Shown here one piece after another: positions 34,315-46,719 of a DNA stretch of 64,000 nt. The notes under the pieces are model-generated. The model had not been told where the DNA came from and ran no database searches. It worked only from the letters and a program-made list of their open reading frames with translations. The first letter of the stretch is position 1. Each line of letters starts with the position of its first letter. A program made the translations under genes and the position numbers. Source of the stretch: Macrostomum lignano (lineage: Eukaryota); contig NIVC01002773.1 in the NCBI GenBank assembly GCA_002269645.1, positions 1 through 64,000 on the forward strand, written 5' to 3'.

Positions 34315-35703
34315 ATGCCTCTCGCCGGGCCCGTCCAGTGGTTCATCGTTGTCGACAACGATTCCGATGCCGAGTCCATCGACTTGTACGGCTCCAGCTG
34401 CTCAAATTTGAGCAATCCACGCGCGCTGACTAGCCGGGACATCGCCCGCCACCTGGCCCTGCCCGCTATCGCCGCGGTCAACGTCGCCATCAACCTGTGG
34501 GGCCTGGCGCTCTGCTACCAGCAGCTGACTGCCCGGCAGCGGTCCGGCGCCGGCCGAAGTCTTCAAGAAGGCGTCAAGATCAACCTGCGGCTGCTGCTCC
34601 GCCTTGCTCTCGCTGAAGTCGGATTCAACACCGCCGTGCTGGTGCACTTCCTTGTGTTCTTCGTGTGCGGCACCTGCGGAGTCCGCATTGGCACGGTGGG
34701 CCTCGCCCGCCTGCTGGCCTTCCTGATGAGCTTCAGCGCGCCGCTCATGGTCGGCTTCCAGTGCGTCCGCAACTGGTCGGTTGTGTGCATCGCCCTGCTG
34801 CGCGTCACCGCCGTTGTCTCGCCGCACCGTTACTACCCGCTGTGGAGCCGGCGGATCGACTGGCCCGTCTACCCGCTGGCCGCGCTGCTGCTGTTCGTCA
34901 TCGGCCTGCCCAGGGGATTCGAGTTCATCTACCTGTTCTGCAGCGACACCGGCCAGTTCGTGGAGCAGATCCCGTCCGAGCTGATTCGGAACACCGCCTA
35001 CTCCATCGGCTACCTGCTGGTGCTGCTGTTCGCCCTGCAGTCAGGCGGCCCCATCATCCTGGTCTCCGTCTCCTCCCTGCTCATCTCCGTCGCCGTCGTC
35101 CGGCCGCCAAACGGGCGTCGCCGACTTCGCCGCTCGGCGCTGTCGAACGCGCAGATCAATCGGACGGTGATCGCCCTGTCGCTGGTGTTCTTCCTGTTCG
35201 AGTTCCCCACCTTCCTGTCCAAGCTGGACGCCGTGCTGAACTTCCTGGATTCGGAGGGCCAGCTCAGCAACCTGCTGCTGGTCTCGGCCAACCTGATGAC
35301 CGCCCTGGACTCTTCGATGAACTTCCTAGTGTACATCATGGCCAACCGGAGCCTGCAGGCCAAGCTGAGGCAGAGATTCGCCTGCTGCCGCCGCGGCCAG
35401 AGGTCGGAGACTACAGACGAAGGCGGCGGCCTGCCGATGCGCCGGCTCCGACATCTTGACAACCGCGGCGACTGCGATCGAGGCGTTGGAGGCGGCGGCA
35501 GCGCCAGCGACAGCGAAGAAGAGTGCTGCGACAAAAAAACCGCTGGATCTTCGGAGACGGCGACGGCGACGACTACGACTGCCACGGTGATGACTGCGAG
35601 CTGCAGCGGCCGAGGTGCGACCTCGCTGGGGCACAGCGACAGCGCGAAGGTGGACAACGGCCAGCGACTGGCCGAACTGACTGAGCAGACCACCAGCTGT
35701 TGA
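34315..35703 (+). CDS. Intronless class A (rhodopsin-like) GPCR, peptide/FMRFamide-receptor-like
   Basis: Seven hydrophobic segments; TM3 NWSVVCIALLRVTAVVSP (ERY/DRY position), TM6 FFLFEFP, TM7 DSSMNFLVY; upstream acceptor TTTCTCCTCTCACAG| at 34206. Confidence 0.88.
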   Translation: MPLAGPVQWFIVVDNDSDAESIDLYGSSCSNLSNPRALTSRDIARHLALPAIAAVNVAINLWGLALCYQQLTARQRSGAGRSLQEGVKINLRLLLRLALAEVGFNTAVLVHFLVFFVCGTCGVRIGTVGLARLLAFLMSFSAPLMVGFQCVRNWSVVCIALLRVTAVVSPHRYYPLWSRRIDWPVYPLAALLLFVIGLPRGFEFIYLFCSDTGQFVEQIPSELIRNTAYSIGYLLVLLFALQSGGPIILVSVSSLLISVAVVRPPNGRRRLRRSALSNAQINRTVIALSLVFFLFEFPTFLSKLDAVLNFLDSEGQLSNLLLVSANLMTALDSSMNFLVYIMANRSLQAKLRQRFACCRRGQRSETTDEGGGLPMRRLRHLDNRGDCDRGVGGGGSASDSEEECCDKKTAGSSETATATTTTATVMTASCSGRGATSLGHSDSAKVDNGQRLAELTEQTTSC

Positions 35704-37026
35704 CTTTAGAGCACGGATGAGAAACTTTGGCTGTTGTCTGTGTGTACACTGTACATGTTGCATGGAAATTTGTCTACGGGGCTGGCAAATGGGTATTTTT
35801 GTTACACCGACGTTTGGCCGACGTGCAACTTTATGACCCGTCGACGTAATGCAACCATTCCAGCCATTCCATTCCCGAGTTTATCGACGTCGGGCCACTT
35901 TGGCGACCTCTGGGAAGATGCACGGGTATAATACGTTCAATTTTATCCCCCTTGTTTCCCAGAGTTTTCCACCTGTTAAATAAAAAACTAAGTGGTTCAT
36001 GTCCGAATATGTGTTCGCATGTGTGTTCTTTGCCTTGATGAGGTACCAAGACGTCAATTGGACTCTGGTGAGTTTGTTTTTGGCAGTTTCACAATTGAGT
36101 CGAAATTAAAGACAGATGCAAGAGAGATTGTTAGTGGCCGTGCGATATTTTGTTTTATTCTTTCTGCGTAAAATTTCCGGGCTTTCGTTCTCCGGATTTT
36201 TCACTCTTTAACCAGTATTGATATTTCATTTCATCTTCATGTTTTTGTTAGCAATTTGTCAGTTATTTCACTATCAGCAATCAAGTAAATACTGAAGCTG
36301 TGAAATTGTTTCGTCTAAACAAAATCGTTTAATAACCCCAAAACGTACTTTCTTTTTGTTTTATTTCTCGAAAAAAATCGTTAAAATTATTAATAGCTAC
36401 TGTAAGATTGCTACAATGTGTTCGATTGGCACTCTTCATGCAAGACGCAAACGGTTTCAAAGGCTCACTTTGTAGGACGGAGGGCTGTTAAACGGAGGCT
36501 CTCTACGTATGAGACGGTCTATTAAATGACGTTCTCTACAGGTTCGAAAACCTGTTTACTGGGGACCTCTACGTGTTGAATTGATTCGTATAAAAACTTG
36601 TTAAATGAGGTTTTCTACGTTTTAGACAACCTGTTTACAAAGGGTTCTTAAACGTGTTGAATCGAGTTGTAGAACCCCTGTTAAATGGGGTTCTCTACGT
36701 GTTAGTCAAGGAAAATCGGCTGCAATAGATCGGCAGATACAATTTAAATACAGTGCGTACTGAAAAAATGCGTTGTGCTCGCTTACATGTGCGAGATGCT
36801 GTTGCAGTAGCCACATTGCAATATTGGTCACAGAAATTGTCTGTCTCGCGCTGAAATTTTACTCTGGGGAAGGCAATTAATTAGCCTTTTAGAGAATTCA
36901 AAGAAGTAAATTTTTAAATGTCAATGCCTCCTGCAACCTCAGAGGTAAGCTGTTTGAGTGTGCGCGCGCGTGTTTGACTGCCTTTCCACAGACCTGTCTC
37001 TTGCCCTGTTTGCTCACTCATTTTCC

Positions 37027-37225
37027 ATGCTTCCAATTCGTTCAATTAAGACTGCAATCCGGATCCGCAAGCATGGCGGCCCATGGCTGTCAAACGCACT
37101 GCCATCAGAGGCCGCCGCCTCCGCTAGCCCGAAAATTTTTGTCCAGTTTGAAAAACAATATTCGCTCGATTCGGATCTCAAAGGAAATTTTGATGGCGTT
37201 TCGCTCCTAGCTCGTACCATATTAG
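37027..37225 (+). CDS. Possible first coding exon of an unidentified gene
   Basis: MLPIRSIKTAIRIRKHGGPWLS.. (basic, acid-free N-terminus) ending at donor TTAG|GTAATT; no downstream exon identified. Confidence 0.25.
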
Positions 37226-37474
37226 GTAATTAGCTAAATCCCAAGAGACGGCGGACTCGGAGTCAATTAATCCCCTCCCTTCGTAACGCCTGCATAACTG
37301 CTGGCATTTCCGCTCCTCAAGCGTCCCCATGGGAAGGCAACCATTGCATGCTGATGCGCTGTCACGCGACACCAAAATCGGCAAGAGGAATAAATTTCTG
37401 ATTGAATGATGAAATAATAAAGAGCGCTTGTCTTCCGACCGGGTTCTCGACTTCCAGTGGGGCCGATTGGGTGT

Positions 37475-37860
37475 AAGTGAGGTAGGTTTGGCAGGAGTGA
37501 ATTAGGTTTAGCGGGAGTGCAGTAAGTTTAGTGGAAATGATATAGGTTTGGCAGGAGTGAATTAGGTTAAGCTGGAGTGCAGTAAGTTTAGTGGGAATGA
37601 TATAGGTTTGGCAGGAGTGAATTAGGTTAAGCGGGAGTGCAGTAAGTTTAGTGGGAATGATATAGGTTTGGCAGGAGTGAATTAGGTTAAGCTGGAGTGC
37701 AGTAAGTTTAGTGGGAATGATATAGGTTTGGCAGGAGTGAATTAGGTTAAGCTGGAGTGCAGTAAGTTTAGTGGGAATGATATAGGTTTGGCAGGAGTGA
37801 ATTAGGTTAAGCTGGAGAGCAGTAAGTTTAGTGGGAATGATATAGGTTTGGCAGGAGTGA
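37475..37860. repeat. 60-bp minisatellite (~6.5 units)
   Basis: Unit ATAGGTTTGGCAGGAGTGAATTAGGTTAAGCTGGAGTGCAGTAAGTTTAGTGGGAATGAT. Confidence 0.95.
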
Positions 37861-39337
37861 AGTATAAGATAGGATATGAGAGCTAATGAAATCGTACTCG
37901 TAAGAGTGAATTGTAGACTTGGCGATAGTGAATTAGGGACCCGATGAAACCGGTGCCTAGGCCAAGAAGCGCCCCAGAGTTGTTGGAAGTAACGGAGGTA
38001 AGAAGGAAAGAAGAAGGCGAATCTAAACATTACGACGAGATGTCACGGTACACGTCGTCAAAGAATCGCCCAAGAGAGTCAAGCGAGTCTGGGGCCGTAG
38101 ATTTATTTCCGAGGCGTGCTAGAGTAACTGTATAATGACAGTTCTCTCTAGTGACTCATCTCTAATGAGTTGCGTCTAAAGAGCATCTGCGTCAGCGTCA
38201 CTATGAATCAGAATTGCATTTCGCATTTATAAAAGCTCTTTTTAGTCTACTTCAGTTATAGTAGAAAGTCCAGCGCTAACACGACTCTTAGCTAGAAGCG
38301 ACTTTTAAACGACAGTACTGCGACGGAGAAGCGACTATTAAGTCACGTGCTCATCACGAGCATTGCGTAATCGTAAGGGTCGCGAAAAAAGTTACGACAG
38401 TCGCCCCAGAGAGTCGCTAGAGTCACTAGTGATTTGTTTGCAATGACTAGCGACTCTTGTCGCGTACGCTTAATGTAATTCTCGATGGTGGAGCTGATGT
38501 TGAGTTAGTACTCTCAGTTGACAAGCCTGCAGTTCTGTGGAAACTGTTAATCACATTGTAATACACTACTAAGTAACATTCTAAAAAACCAATTTAAAAC
38601 ACGCAATCTACTTTTGAATGAGTCATAATGAGTCATATCTATTTTTAGAATATCCATTTTAGAAGTGACTCAGAACCCTACGTAGGACCAACGTTTATTT
38701 GATCAAGAACCTGTTCTCAGAAGTTGAATTTGCTTAATTCCATATATGGTTATGATCAAACATTCATGACCCCTTAATCAAACACGCACGACCTAAGTAA
38801 ATAACCGATTTTAAACCAGTTTTTCACCAAAATTTTACGATAAATATAAGCGAAAATCCAAGTCAAAAACTCAGACTCGGTGCGGTCTCAAAGAAGACTT
38901 TGGAAGACGTTAACAAAGAAGACCCATCTCTGAGAGATGAAATCCTGACCAACTGATAAGCGTTCACCCAAAGATATATAAAATCTATGCGTTTACCTGA
39001 TTTAGTTCCTTGCTACTAGCGCTAATAAGTTGATTAATTAAGTTTACGAGAGCCGTTCGTTGTCGACACATTTAAGAAAGGCATTGTTTCCTAGGATATA
39101 TTCCTAGAGGATTTATTGATTGATTTGAGTTATCCGTTACGTTTTGGACGTAACGAAGAAGTCGCCCTTCAGGAGGACTACTGCAGAACTCAGAGAATTC
39201 AATTTTTCATTAGGGCGCACGTTCTATTGTTAATTCCGAGCTCAAGGACCGTCACGAATTCTGATTCGCTCTCGTTTTGGTCGACCCACAAATAAAGTTA
39301 AGGACTCACGGAAGCAACCGTTCACCGAAACCGGCCG

Positions 39338-39604
39338 CTACCACAGCTCAGTCAAGCCAGACAGCGCTATACACCTTACACGACCCAGACGTCTGCAAAC
39401 TACAAGAGGAGCCGCTCCAGTAAGAGTTATTTGATTTTGCATATACCTAGGCACTAGTTCCACAGTGTCTGTGCATACAACGTCCCAGAGCAGATTGTCT
39501 CGGCCATCATGGCAACGTACGTACCGTGATCCGAAAGTTGCCATTTCAAGGTCAGGCGGCGTATCGGACTTTTTCGAGACCTGGGGGACTCCAGGGAGAT
39601 TCAC
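39338..39604 (-). pseudogene. Degenerate C-terminal fragment of a restriction-like-endonuclease non-LTR retrotransposon
   Basis: PPD....F......G...LLWDVVCTDT resembles the RPDG..PW..G..L.WD.T..DT motif. Confidence 0.4.
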
Positions 39605-39689
39605 TCGCGACGTTTTTTGCTCGTTCTGAAGCTTGACTGGGTGCTGCCGGACTGCTCTTTCTACCGACTACGACGACTTTCTGCTGCGG

Positions 39690-40480
39690 CGACGCCTGGG
39701 TCGATAACAACCGGAGGCGGCTCGGTGTGCTTGGCTACGCCGACGATCTCGCTCTGCTGTTCTCAATTTTGAAGGGCGTCCAGTGACTACTGGACAAGCT
39801 GTTTGCTGTTGTGGTGGTGAGTGTCGGTATTGTGGTCAACATAAAGAAGACGGTTGTGCTCTGGGTGCTGGACGATATCGAAACCTGCAAATGGACAGGC
39901 GACGGAGCTTCCGCATTTTCAGCAGGTCTATCTACCTCGGCGGTCTGGTTCCTGGCGTCCGCAAGGATATGCGGCGTCGTCTTCGACTTTCGTTCTGTAA
40001 AGGCAGTTCTGCAGACCGAGGTCCTACCTGAACGCCAGAGGTGGTCGAGACTGTCCTGCTGTGCAACACTGAGACATGGTGCTGACGAACTGTTGCTCGC
40101 TCTAGCAACAAGTAGACGCGGCGCACGCTGGTCTGCTGCGTGCCGTCTTCAAGATTGGCGACAAGCGATCGTCACCAACGCGGCTCTCTCTGTATCGTTG
40201 CGCCGGCCTTCCCCCTTCAAGCGACCTGTTGCGCCGTCGGTGACGCCAGCTAGCAGATCACATCATCCGCGCTGAGTCGTATTGCCCACAGCCGATGCTG
40301 TTTCTGGTGCTGCAGACACCCTACCGACAGGGACATGCGCGCACTCTGCATTTCGTCGACTACCTGTTGGCTGACGCCGGCGCCCCGGATTCGGTCGGCG
40401 GCTTTGCGACCTGGCCAGAGGCGCGCCCTGTGACGCTGCCTTCTAAAGACCCGGTCATGCACTGTATTTTGTTTTTGCTG
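39690..40480 (+). pseudogene. Degenerate LINE (RTE-like) reverse transcriptase 3' fragment
   Basis: LGYADDLALL (YADD at 39736-39747), in-frame TGA 39784, then VGIVVNIKKT, WRQAIVTN, and GHARTLHFVDYLLADAG in a shifted frame. Confidence 0.75.
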
Positions 40481-40840
40481 TTGTACGCCTAGGGTGTACA
40501 CTATCTGGAAAGCTGCAGCCAAGGTTGTCCCGGAACTTTGAGTTAGTTTTTCTGACTAACTTGCCGACAGCCCAGCCCCCAGTCCGCATGACTTGCGCCC
40601 CTCTGATCGTTTCTGTGGAACGCGTGAATTGCTTAAAACAATACTTTGCTTTTAGCCACAGAAGATTCAAGCCAGCTCTGAGCAGCAGCCAATTTAACAT
40701 ATCTATGTTTAAAAGCTCCGTCCACAACTGGATGATGGAATCAGAAGTACTTTCCAGTGGTCTACAAAGCAAAATCAAGAGAAGCCTGGCTGCATAAACA
40801 GCTGCAATTAGTTATAAAACTCGCCTAACATTTTTACAAC

Positions 40841-41494
40841 ATGGCCGCCACTGTTGCCGCCGAATTCTCCAATGACGACGACAACTTGATGACGGCAACA
40901 AATCGGTCAGCGACGAGCCCAGAGTTCCTGGAGCCCGCAGCTGTGGGGGTCGCCCAGCAGCAGCAGCGTTTTCTCAGCATAGTCAGCAAGGTGTCCCGAT
41001 GGATCGCCGCTTCAGACAGGCACGTGCGCTGCCTGTTCGCTGAGGACAGGTCAACGTCAACGACGGCTACTCAGCTATCGCCGTCGGTGCTTAGCGAGGC
41101 TGGTGAGCTGGAGCGGACGGCCTTGGCCGAGCGGCTTTGCAAGGACGCCATGGATCGCGCGGCCGCCGCCCGTCTGGCTCGCAATGCCGCTGCTGGCACA
41201 CAGCAGGCAAATAACCACGGTCGGCATAGCAACTGCAGCTACCATCAGCGCCCTAGCAACAACTCCGGTCGCTATGGAAACCAAAAGTTTGAAAAAAAGC
41301 GGCGCAGCAACGAAATTTTTTCTACTGGTTACCATGGGAACCGTCGTCAAAGCAAGTTTCACCTGGAAAATCGGAATACTGCAACTTCCGATGCTAGTAT
41401 CGGTTACCATGGCAACAAAAATGTTGCTAAGCATCGATCTTGCCGTCTCAGCGTGAAGCTCCTGCTCGAACTGCCATCGGAATCGAAAGGTTAA
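40841..41494 (+). CDS. 217-aa uncharacterised ORF
   Basis: ACAACATGG start context, coding-like composition; no family recognised. Confidence 0.45.
   Translation: MAATVAAEFSNDDDNLMTATNRSATSPEFLEPAAVGVAQQQQRFLSIVSKVSRWIAASDRHVRCLFAEDRSTSTTATQLSPSVLSEAGELERTALAERLCKDAMDRAAAARLARNAAAGTQQANNHGRHSNCSYHQRPSNNSGRYGNQKFEKKRRSNEIFSTGYHGNRRQSKFHLENRNTATSDASIGYHGNKNVAKHRSCRLSVKLLLELPSESKG
41268..41416. promoter_or_regulatory. Three RFX X-box consensus matches
   Basis: GTCGCTATGGAAAC 41268-41281, GTTACCATGGGAAC 41328-41341 and GTTACCATGGCAAC 41403-41416 all fit GTHNYYATRRNAAC. Confidence 0.5.
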
Positions 41495-42304
41495 AATGCA
41501 GCCGATGAAGAAAAGTCGGCACAGTTTCTCGCTATCCAACTTCCACCTCTGATCGTAATTACCTTCTGCCTCGGCGATAACCGATAAATTACCTATTATT
41601 TATGACATTGTTTCCCCGGAGAAACCACTTGCTCCAAAGGTGCAGACTGATAACTCACTTCAAACGGTTTTCCTTGACGCACTGATGTACAACTACACTG
41701 TCTCATGCAATACCTGTGTATTCACAAGTCGCGAGTTGCCCCGTGAGTAATAATTATTAATACTTTTCGTTTAATTTCCGATACGCAACGAACTTCCTAC
41801 TTGTTTGCTGTTTGTTATTTTAGCAGATTTAAATGAGTATTAGATTACTTATAGTAAATAGGAATTTTTAGTATAGTGGACTAGCAAACTTTGCCCCCCC
41901 CCTTGGCCTTAGGGAGGATAATTTTGTCAAAATATTTTTGCCTGGCGGAATTTTACGAATATTTGATGAGTGCTCAAGCCTCAAAGTACATAAACTTATC
42001 CATTTATTTCCAATATTATAGCCGTCAAAAATACTCTCCTATTACTCAAGAATCTCAAACCCTTAGGCGAGAAGAAATCAGCCGAAACGAAGGCAGTTGG
42101 CTGCCTCCTCACTGACCTAAAACCGAACCCAGGCCAAGATAACCTAAATACCAAAAAATAACCATCGCAAACTGCTGGAGACTTAAAAAATCAAACACGC
42201 ACATATAAACATTAAGCGGGCCGGATTGCTATTGTGAAGTTTCAAAGGACCCGAGGGCCGGATAGAGAGGCTTCCCGAGCCGCATGTGGCCCGCGGGCCG
42301 GACT

Positions 42305-42570
42305 CAGGGGCGTCGCCATGGATTTTATGGTGGGGGGACAAAGCCAGGAATTCAAAATGTACCTGACTAAATTCCTACATTTCCAATATTTTGTTGTCAG
42401 CGCTCATTTTGGCGCCGCAGGCACTCATTTTGGCGCCCTGAAGAAAAATTATTGATTACCACAACCAGTCACAAGGTGGGGTGGGGGAGACAAAGCATTG
42501 GAATGCCCCCCCCCCAAAATTATTACTGGGGGTGCGCATGTCCCCTGTCCCCCTGGTGGCGACGCGCCTG
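42305..42570. mobile_element. Small MITE-like element
   Basis: TIR CAGGGGCGTCGCCA / TGGCGACGCGCCTG (1 mismatch); no clear TSD. Confidence 0.5.
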
Positions 42571-43309
42571 TCTGAACTAGACGAAATGACTCATCGCTAG
42601 AGAGACTTGGCGAAATGCTATTGTTAGATAAGGTATCTGATTGTTAGATGGAATAGCAAACTGTTAGATAGGATGCCCAACTGTTAGATAGAATGACAAA
42701 CTAGACTTATAACTGTTTCTATAATTGTTTTTAAATTGAAAGAATTGAATGTAAATAATCAATTTTATGCTACTAAAAGTAGAATCTTTAAAAAAGTAAT
42801 TTCTTGTCTGTAATTTTCGTCAACCCCCAAGGTTTCATAGTGCTAATGGAAGGGAAACTGTGTCTCTTAACGATCGATGTGATAAACTCTCAATCGTTCA
42901 CAAATAAGCAGTTTAAAATACTTAAAAAACTAGCATTTTACACACGCGAATGTAGTTGCGGATTAAAATTAGTACAAATGCATTTAGTTTATTGACGAAA
43001 GTATATAAAGTATTTAAAGTAAAAAACAGTACAGAGAGAACTTTAATAAAAAAATACTTGGGACCAGCGTTTCGGTACAAACATTTCACTAGAAATTGGT
43101 TACAAGAAAGTAAAGGATTAGAAGCACCAACCTGCCAAGCCACTACCAGCTGCTTAAAAAATAATCGCTATTGATGCTTTTGTTAAACGCGATAGAAAAT
43201 AATTTTTTAATAGTTAAAATTTAAATGTGCTTCAATTGCGAATGCTTCTTACCGACATCGAACACTGACGCTACCTCTGGAAATTTGACCATATATTTCT
43301 GTGAAATCA

Positions 43310-46300
43310 CTGATCCTATAATCAAGTTTACCAATCCTACACTCGAGTTCACCAATCCTACAATCGAGTTCACCAATCCTACAATCGAGTTCACCAATTC
43401 TACAATCGAGTTTACCAACCCTACAATCGAGTTCACCAATCCTACAATCGAGTTCACCAATCCTACAATCGAGTTCACCAATCCTACAATCGAGTTCACC
43501 AATCCTACAATCGAGTTCACCAATCCTATAATCAAGTTTACCAACCCTACAATCGAGTTCACCAATCCTACAATCGAGTTCACCAATCCTACAATCGATT
43601 TCACCAATCCTACAATCGAGTTCACCAATCCTACAATCGAGTTCACCAATCCTACAATCGAGTTCACCAATCCTACAATCGAGTTCACCAATCCTACAAT
43701 CGAGTTCACCAATCCTACAATCGAGTTCACCAATCCTACAATCGAGTTCACCAATCCTACAATCGAGTTCACCAATCCTATAATCAAGTTTACCAACCCT
43801 ACAATCGAGTTCACCAATCCTACAATCGAGTTCACCAATCCTACAATCGAGTTCACCAATCCTACAATCGAGTTCACCAATCCTACAATCGAGTTCACCA
43901 ATCCTACAATCGAGTTCACCAATCCTACAATCGAGTTCACCAATCCTACAATCGAGTTCACCAATCCTACAATCGAGTTCACCAATCCTACAATCGAGTT
44001 CACCAATCCTACAATCGAGTTCACCAATCCTGCAATCGAGTTCACCAATCCTACAATCGAGTTCACCAATTCTACAATCGAGTTTACCAATCCTACAATC
44101 GAGTTCACCAATCCTACAATCGAGTTCACCAATCCTACAATCGAGTTCACCAATCCTACAATCGAGTTCACCAATCCTACAATCGAGTTCACCAATCCTA
44201 CAATCGAGTTCACCAATCCTACAATCGAGTTCACCAATCCTACAATCGAGTTCACCAATCCTACAATCGAGTTCACTAATCCTACAATCGAGTTCACCAA
44301 TCCTGCAATCGAGTTCACCAATCCTACAATCGAGTTCACCAATCCTACAATCGAGTTCACCAATCCTACAATAAGGTCACCAATCCTACAATCGAGTTCA
44401 CCAATCCTACAATCGAGTTCACCAATCCTACAATCGAGTTCACCAATCCTACACTCGAGTTCACCAATCCTACAATCGAGTTCACCAATCCTACAATCGA
44501 GTTCACCAATCCTACAATAAGGTCACCAATCCTACAATCGAGTTCACCAATCCTACAATCGAGTTCACCAATCCTACAATAAGGTCACCAATCCTACAAT
44601 CGAGTTCACCAATCCTACAATCGAGTTCACCAATCCTACAATCGAGTTCACCAATCCTACAATCGAGTTCACCAATCCTACAATCGAGTTCACCAATCCT
44701 ACAATCGAGTTCACCAATCCTACAATCGAGTTCACTAATCCTGCAATCGAGTTCACCAATCCTACAATCGAGTTCACCAATCCTACAATAAGGTCACCAA
44801 TCCTACAATCGAGTTCACCAATCCTACAATCGAGTTCACCAATCCTACAATCGAGTTCACCAATCCTACAATCGAGTTCACCAATCCTACAATCGAGTTC
44901 ACCAATCCTACAATCGAGTTCACTAATCCTGCAATCGAGTTCACCAATCCTACAATCGAGTTCACCAATCCTACAATCGAGTTCACCAATCCTACAATCG
45001 AGTTCACCAATCCTACAATCGAGTTCACCAATCCTACAATCGAGTTCACCAATCCTACAATCGAGTTCACCAATCCTACAATCGAGTTCACCAATCCTAC
45101 AATCGAGTTCACCAATCCTACAATCGAGTTCACCAATCCTACAATAAGGTCACCAATCCTACAATAAGGTCACCAATCCTACAATCGAGTTCACCAATCC
45201 TAGAATCGAGTTCACCAATCCTAGAATCGAGTTCACCAATCCTACAATAAGGTCACCAATCCTACAATCGAGTTCACCAATCCTACAATCGAGTTCACCA
45301 ATCCTACAATCGAGTTCACCAATCCTACAATCGAGTTCACCAATCCTACAATCGAGTTCACCAATCCTACAATCGAGTTCACTAATCCTGCAATCGAGTT
45401 CACCAATCCTACAATCGAGTTCACCAATCCTACAATAAGGTCACCAATCCTACAATCGAGTTCACCAATCCTACAATCGAGTTCACCAATCCTACAATCG
45501 AGTTCACCAATCCTACAATCGAGTTCACCAATCCTACAATCGAGTTCACTAATCCTGCAATCGAGTTCACCAATCCTACAATCGAGTTCACCAATCCTAC
45601 AATCGAGTTCACCAATCCTACAATCGAGTTCACCAATCCTACAATCGAGTTCACCAATCCTACAATCGAGTTCACCAATCCTACAATCGAGTTCACCAAT
45701 CCTACAATCGAGTTCACCAATCCTACAATCGAGTTCACCAATCCTACAATCGAGTTCACCAATCCTACAATCGAGTTCACCAATCCTACAATCGAGTTCA
45801 CTAATCCTGCAATCGAGTTCACCAATCCTACAATCGAGTTCACCAATCCTACAATCGAGTTCACCAATCCTACAATCGAGTTCACCAATCCTACAATCGA
45901 GTTCACCAATCCTACAATCGAGTTCACCAATCCTACAATCGAGTTCACTAATCCTGCAATCGAGTTCACCAATCCTACAATCGAGTTCACCAATCCTACA
46001 ATCGAGTTCACCAATCCTACAATAAGGTCACCAATCCTACAATAAGGTCACCAATCCTACAATCGAGTTCACCAATCCTAGAATCGAGTTCACCAATCCT
46101 ACAATCGAGTTCACCAATCCTACAATCGAGTTCACCAATCCTACAATCGAGTTCACCAATCCTACAATAAGGTCACCAATCCTACAATAAGGTCACCAAT
46201 CCTACAATAAGGTCACCAATCCTACAATAAGGTCACCAATCCTACAATAAGGTCAACAATCCTACAATAAGGTTCACGAATCTTATAATCGAGTTCACCA

Positions 46301-46321
46301 ATCTCTAATCGAGTTCACCAT
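43310..46321. repeat. 21-bp satellite (~3 kb, ~140 units) with interspersed 20-bp variant
   Basis: Unit AATCGAGTTCACCAATCCTAC; variant AATAAGGTCACCAATCCTAC. Confidence 0.97.
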
Positions 46322-46685
46322 TGGAGCCACCAGCCAGCAGCTGCAGCAGCTGCATAGCCGACAGTCTCACCGCCGGGTCAATCTCCGTGAGCCGTTCGAA
46401 TGCGGTCAACCCCCGACATCTCCCAGAAGACGGCAACAGCCATGCGGGTAGCGGGGGCCGCGTGCCCAGTCGGGAGGACAGCAGGTCGTCAAGAGACTCG
46501 TCAATCGAACGCTCTTCGTCAGTCAGCCGGTCGGAAGCGCAGCTCACTGGCAGTCTGCATGCGGTTTCCTCGGCTCTGCGCAGGAACAGGTCGCCGTGCG
46601 GCAGGTCCAGGGTGAGCAGCTCGTAGAGCACCATGCCGAGGCTCCACATGTCCGCCTTGTGACCGAAGCGATCGGCGCGAAGAGC
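46305..46685 (-). CDS. PBK: PBK/TOPK kinase, exon 3
   Basis: CTCTCCAG|GCT; KADMWSLGMVLYELLTLDLPH (subdomain IX), RLSAMQLL (XI); stop TAG 46307-46305. Confidence 0.88.
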   Translation of the reverse strand, partial: ALRADRFGHKADMWSLGMVLYELLTLDLPHGDLFLRRAEETACRLPVSCASDRLTDEERSIDESLDDLLSSRLGTRPPLPAWLLPSSGRCRGLTAFERLTEIDPAVRLSAMQLLQLLAGGSNGELD

Positions 46686-46719
46686 CTGGAGAGTTGAGAT
46701 GGAATGGCTTGTGGGGGAT

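Noticed and set aside
34402-35763. Alternative-frame and antisense ORFs over the GPCR (227-264 aa)
   Set aside because: Shadow ORFs expected from high GC3 coding sequence
43221-46014. Long ORFs (FTNPTIE)n / (VNSIVGL)n, up to 431 aa
   Set aside because: By-product of a 21-bp unit (multiple of 3) lacking stops; the frame is broken wherever the 20-bp variant occurs
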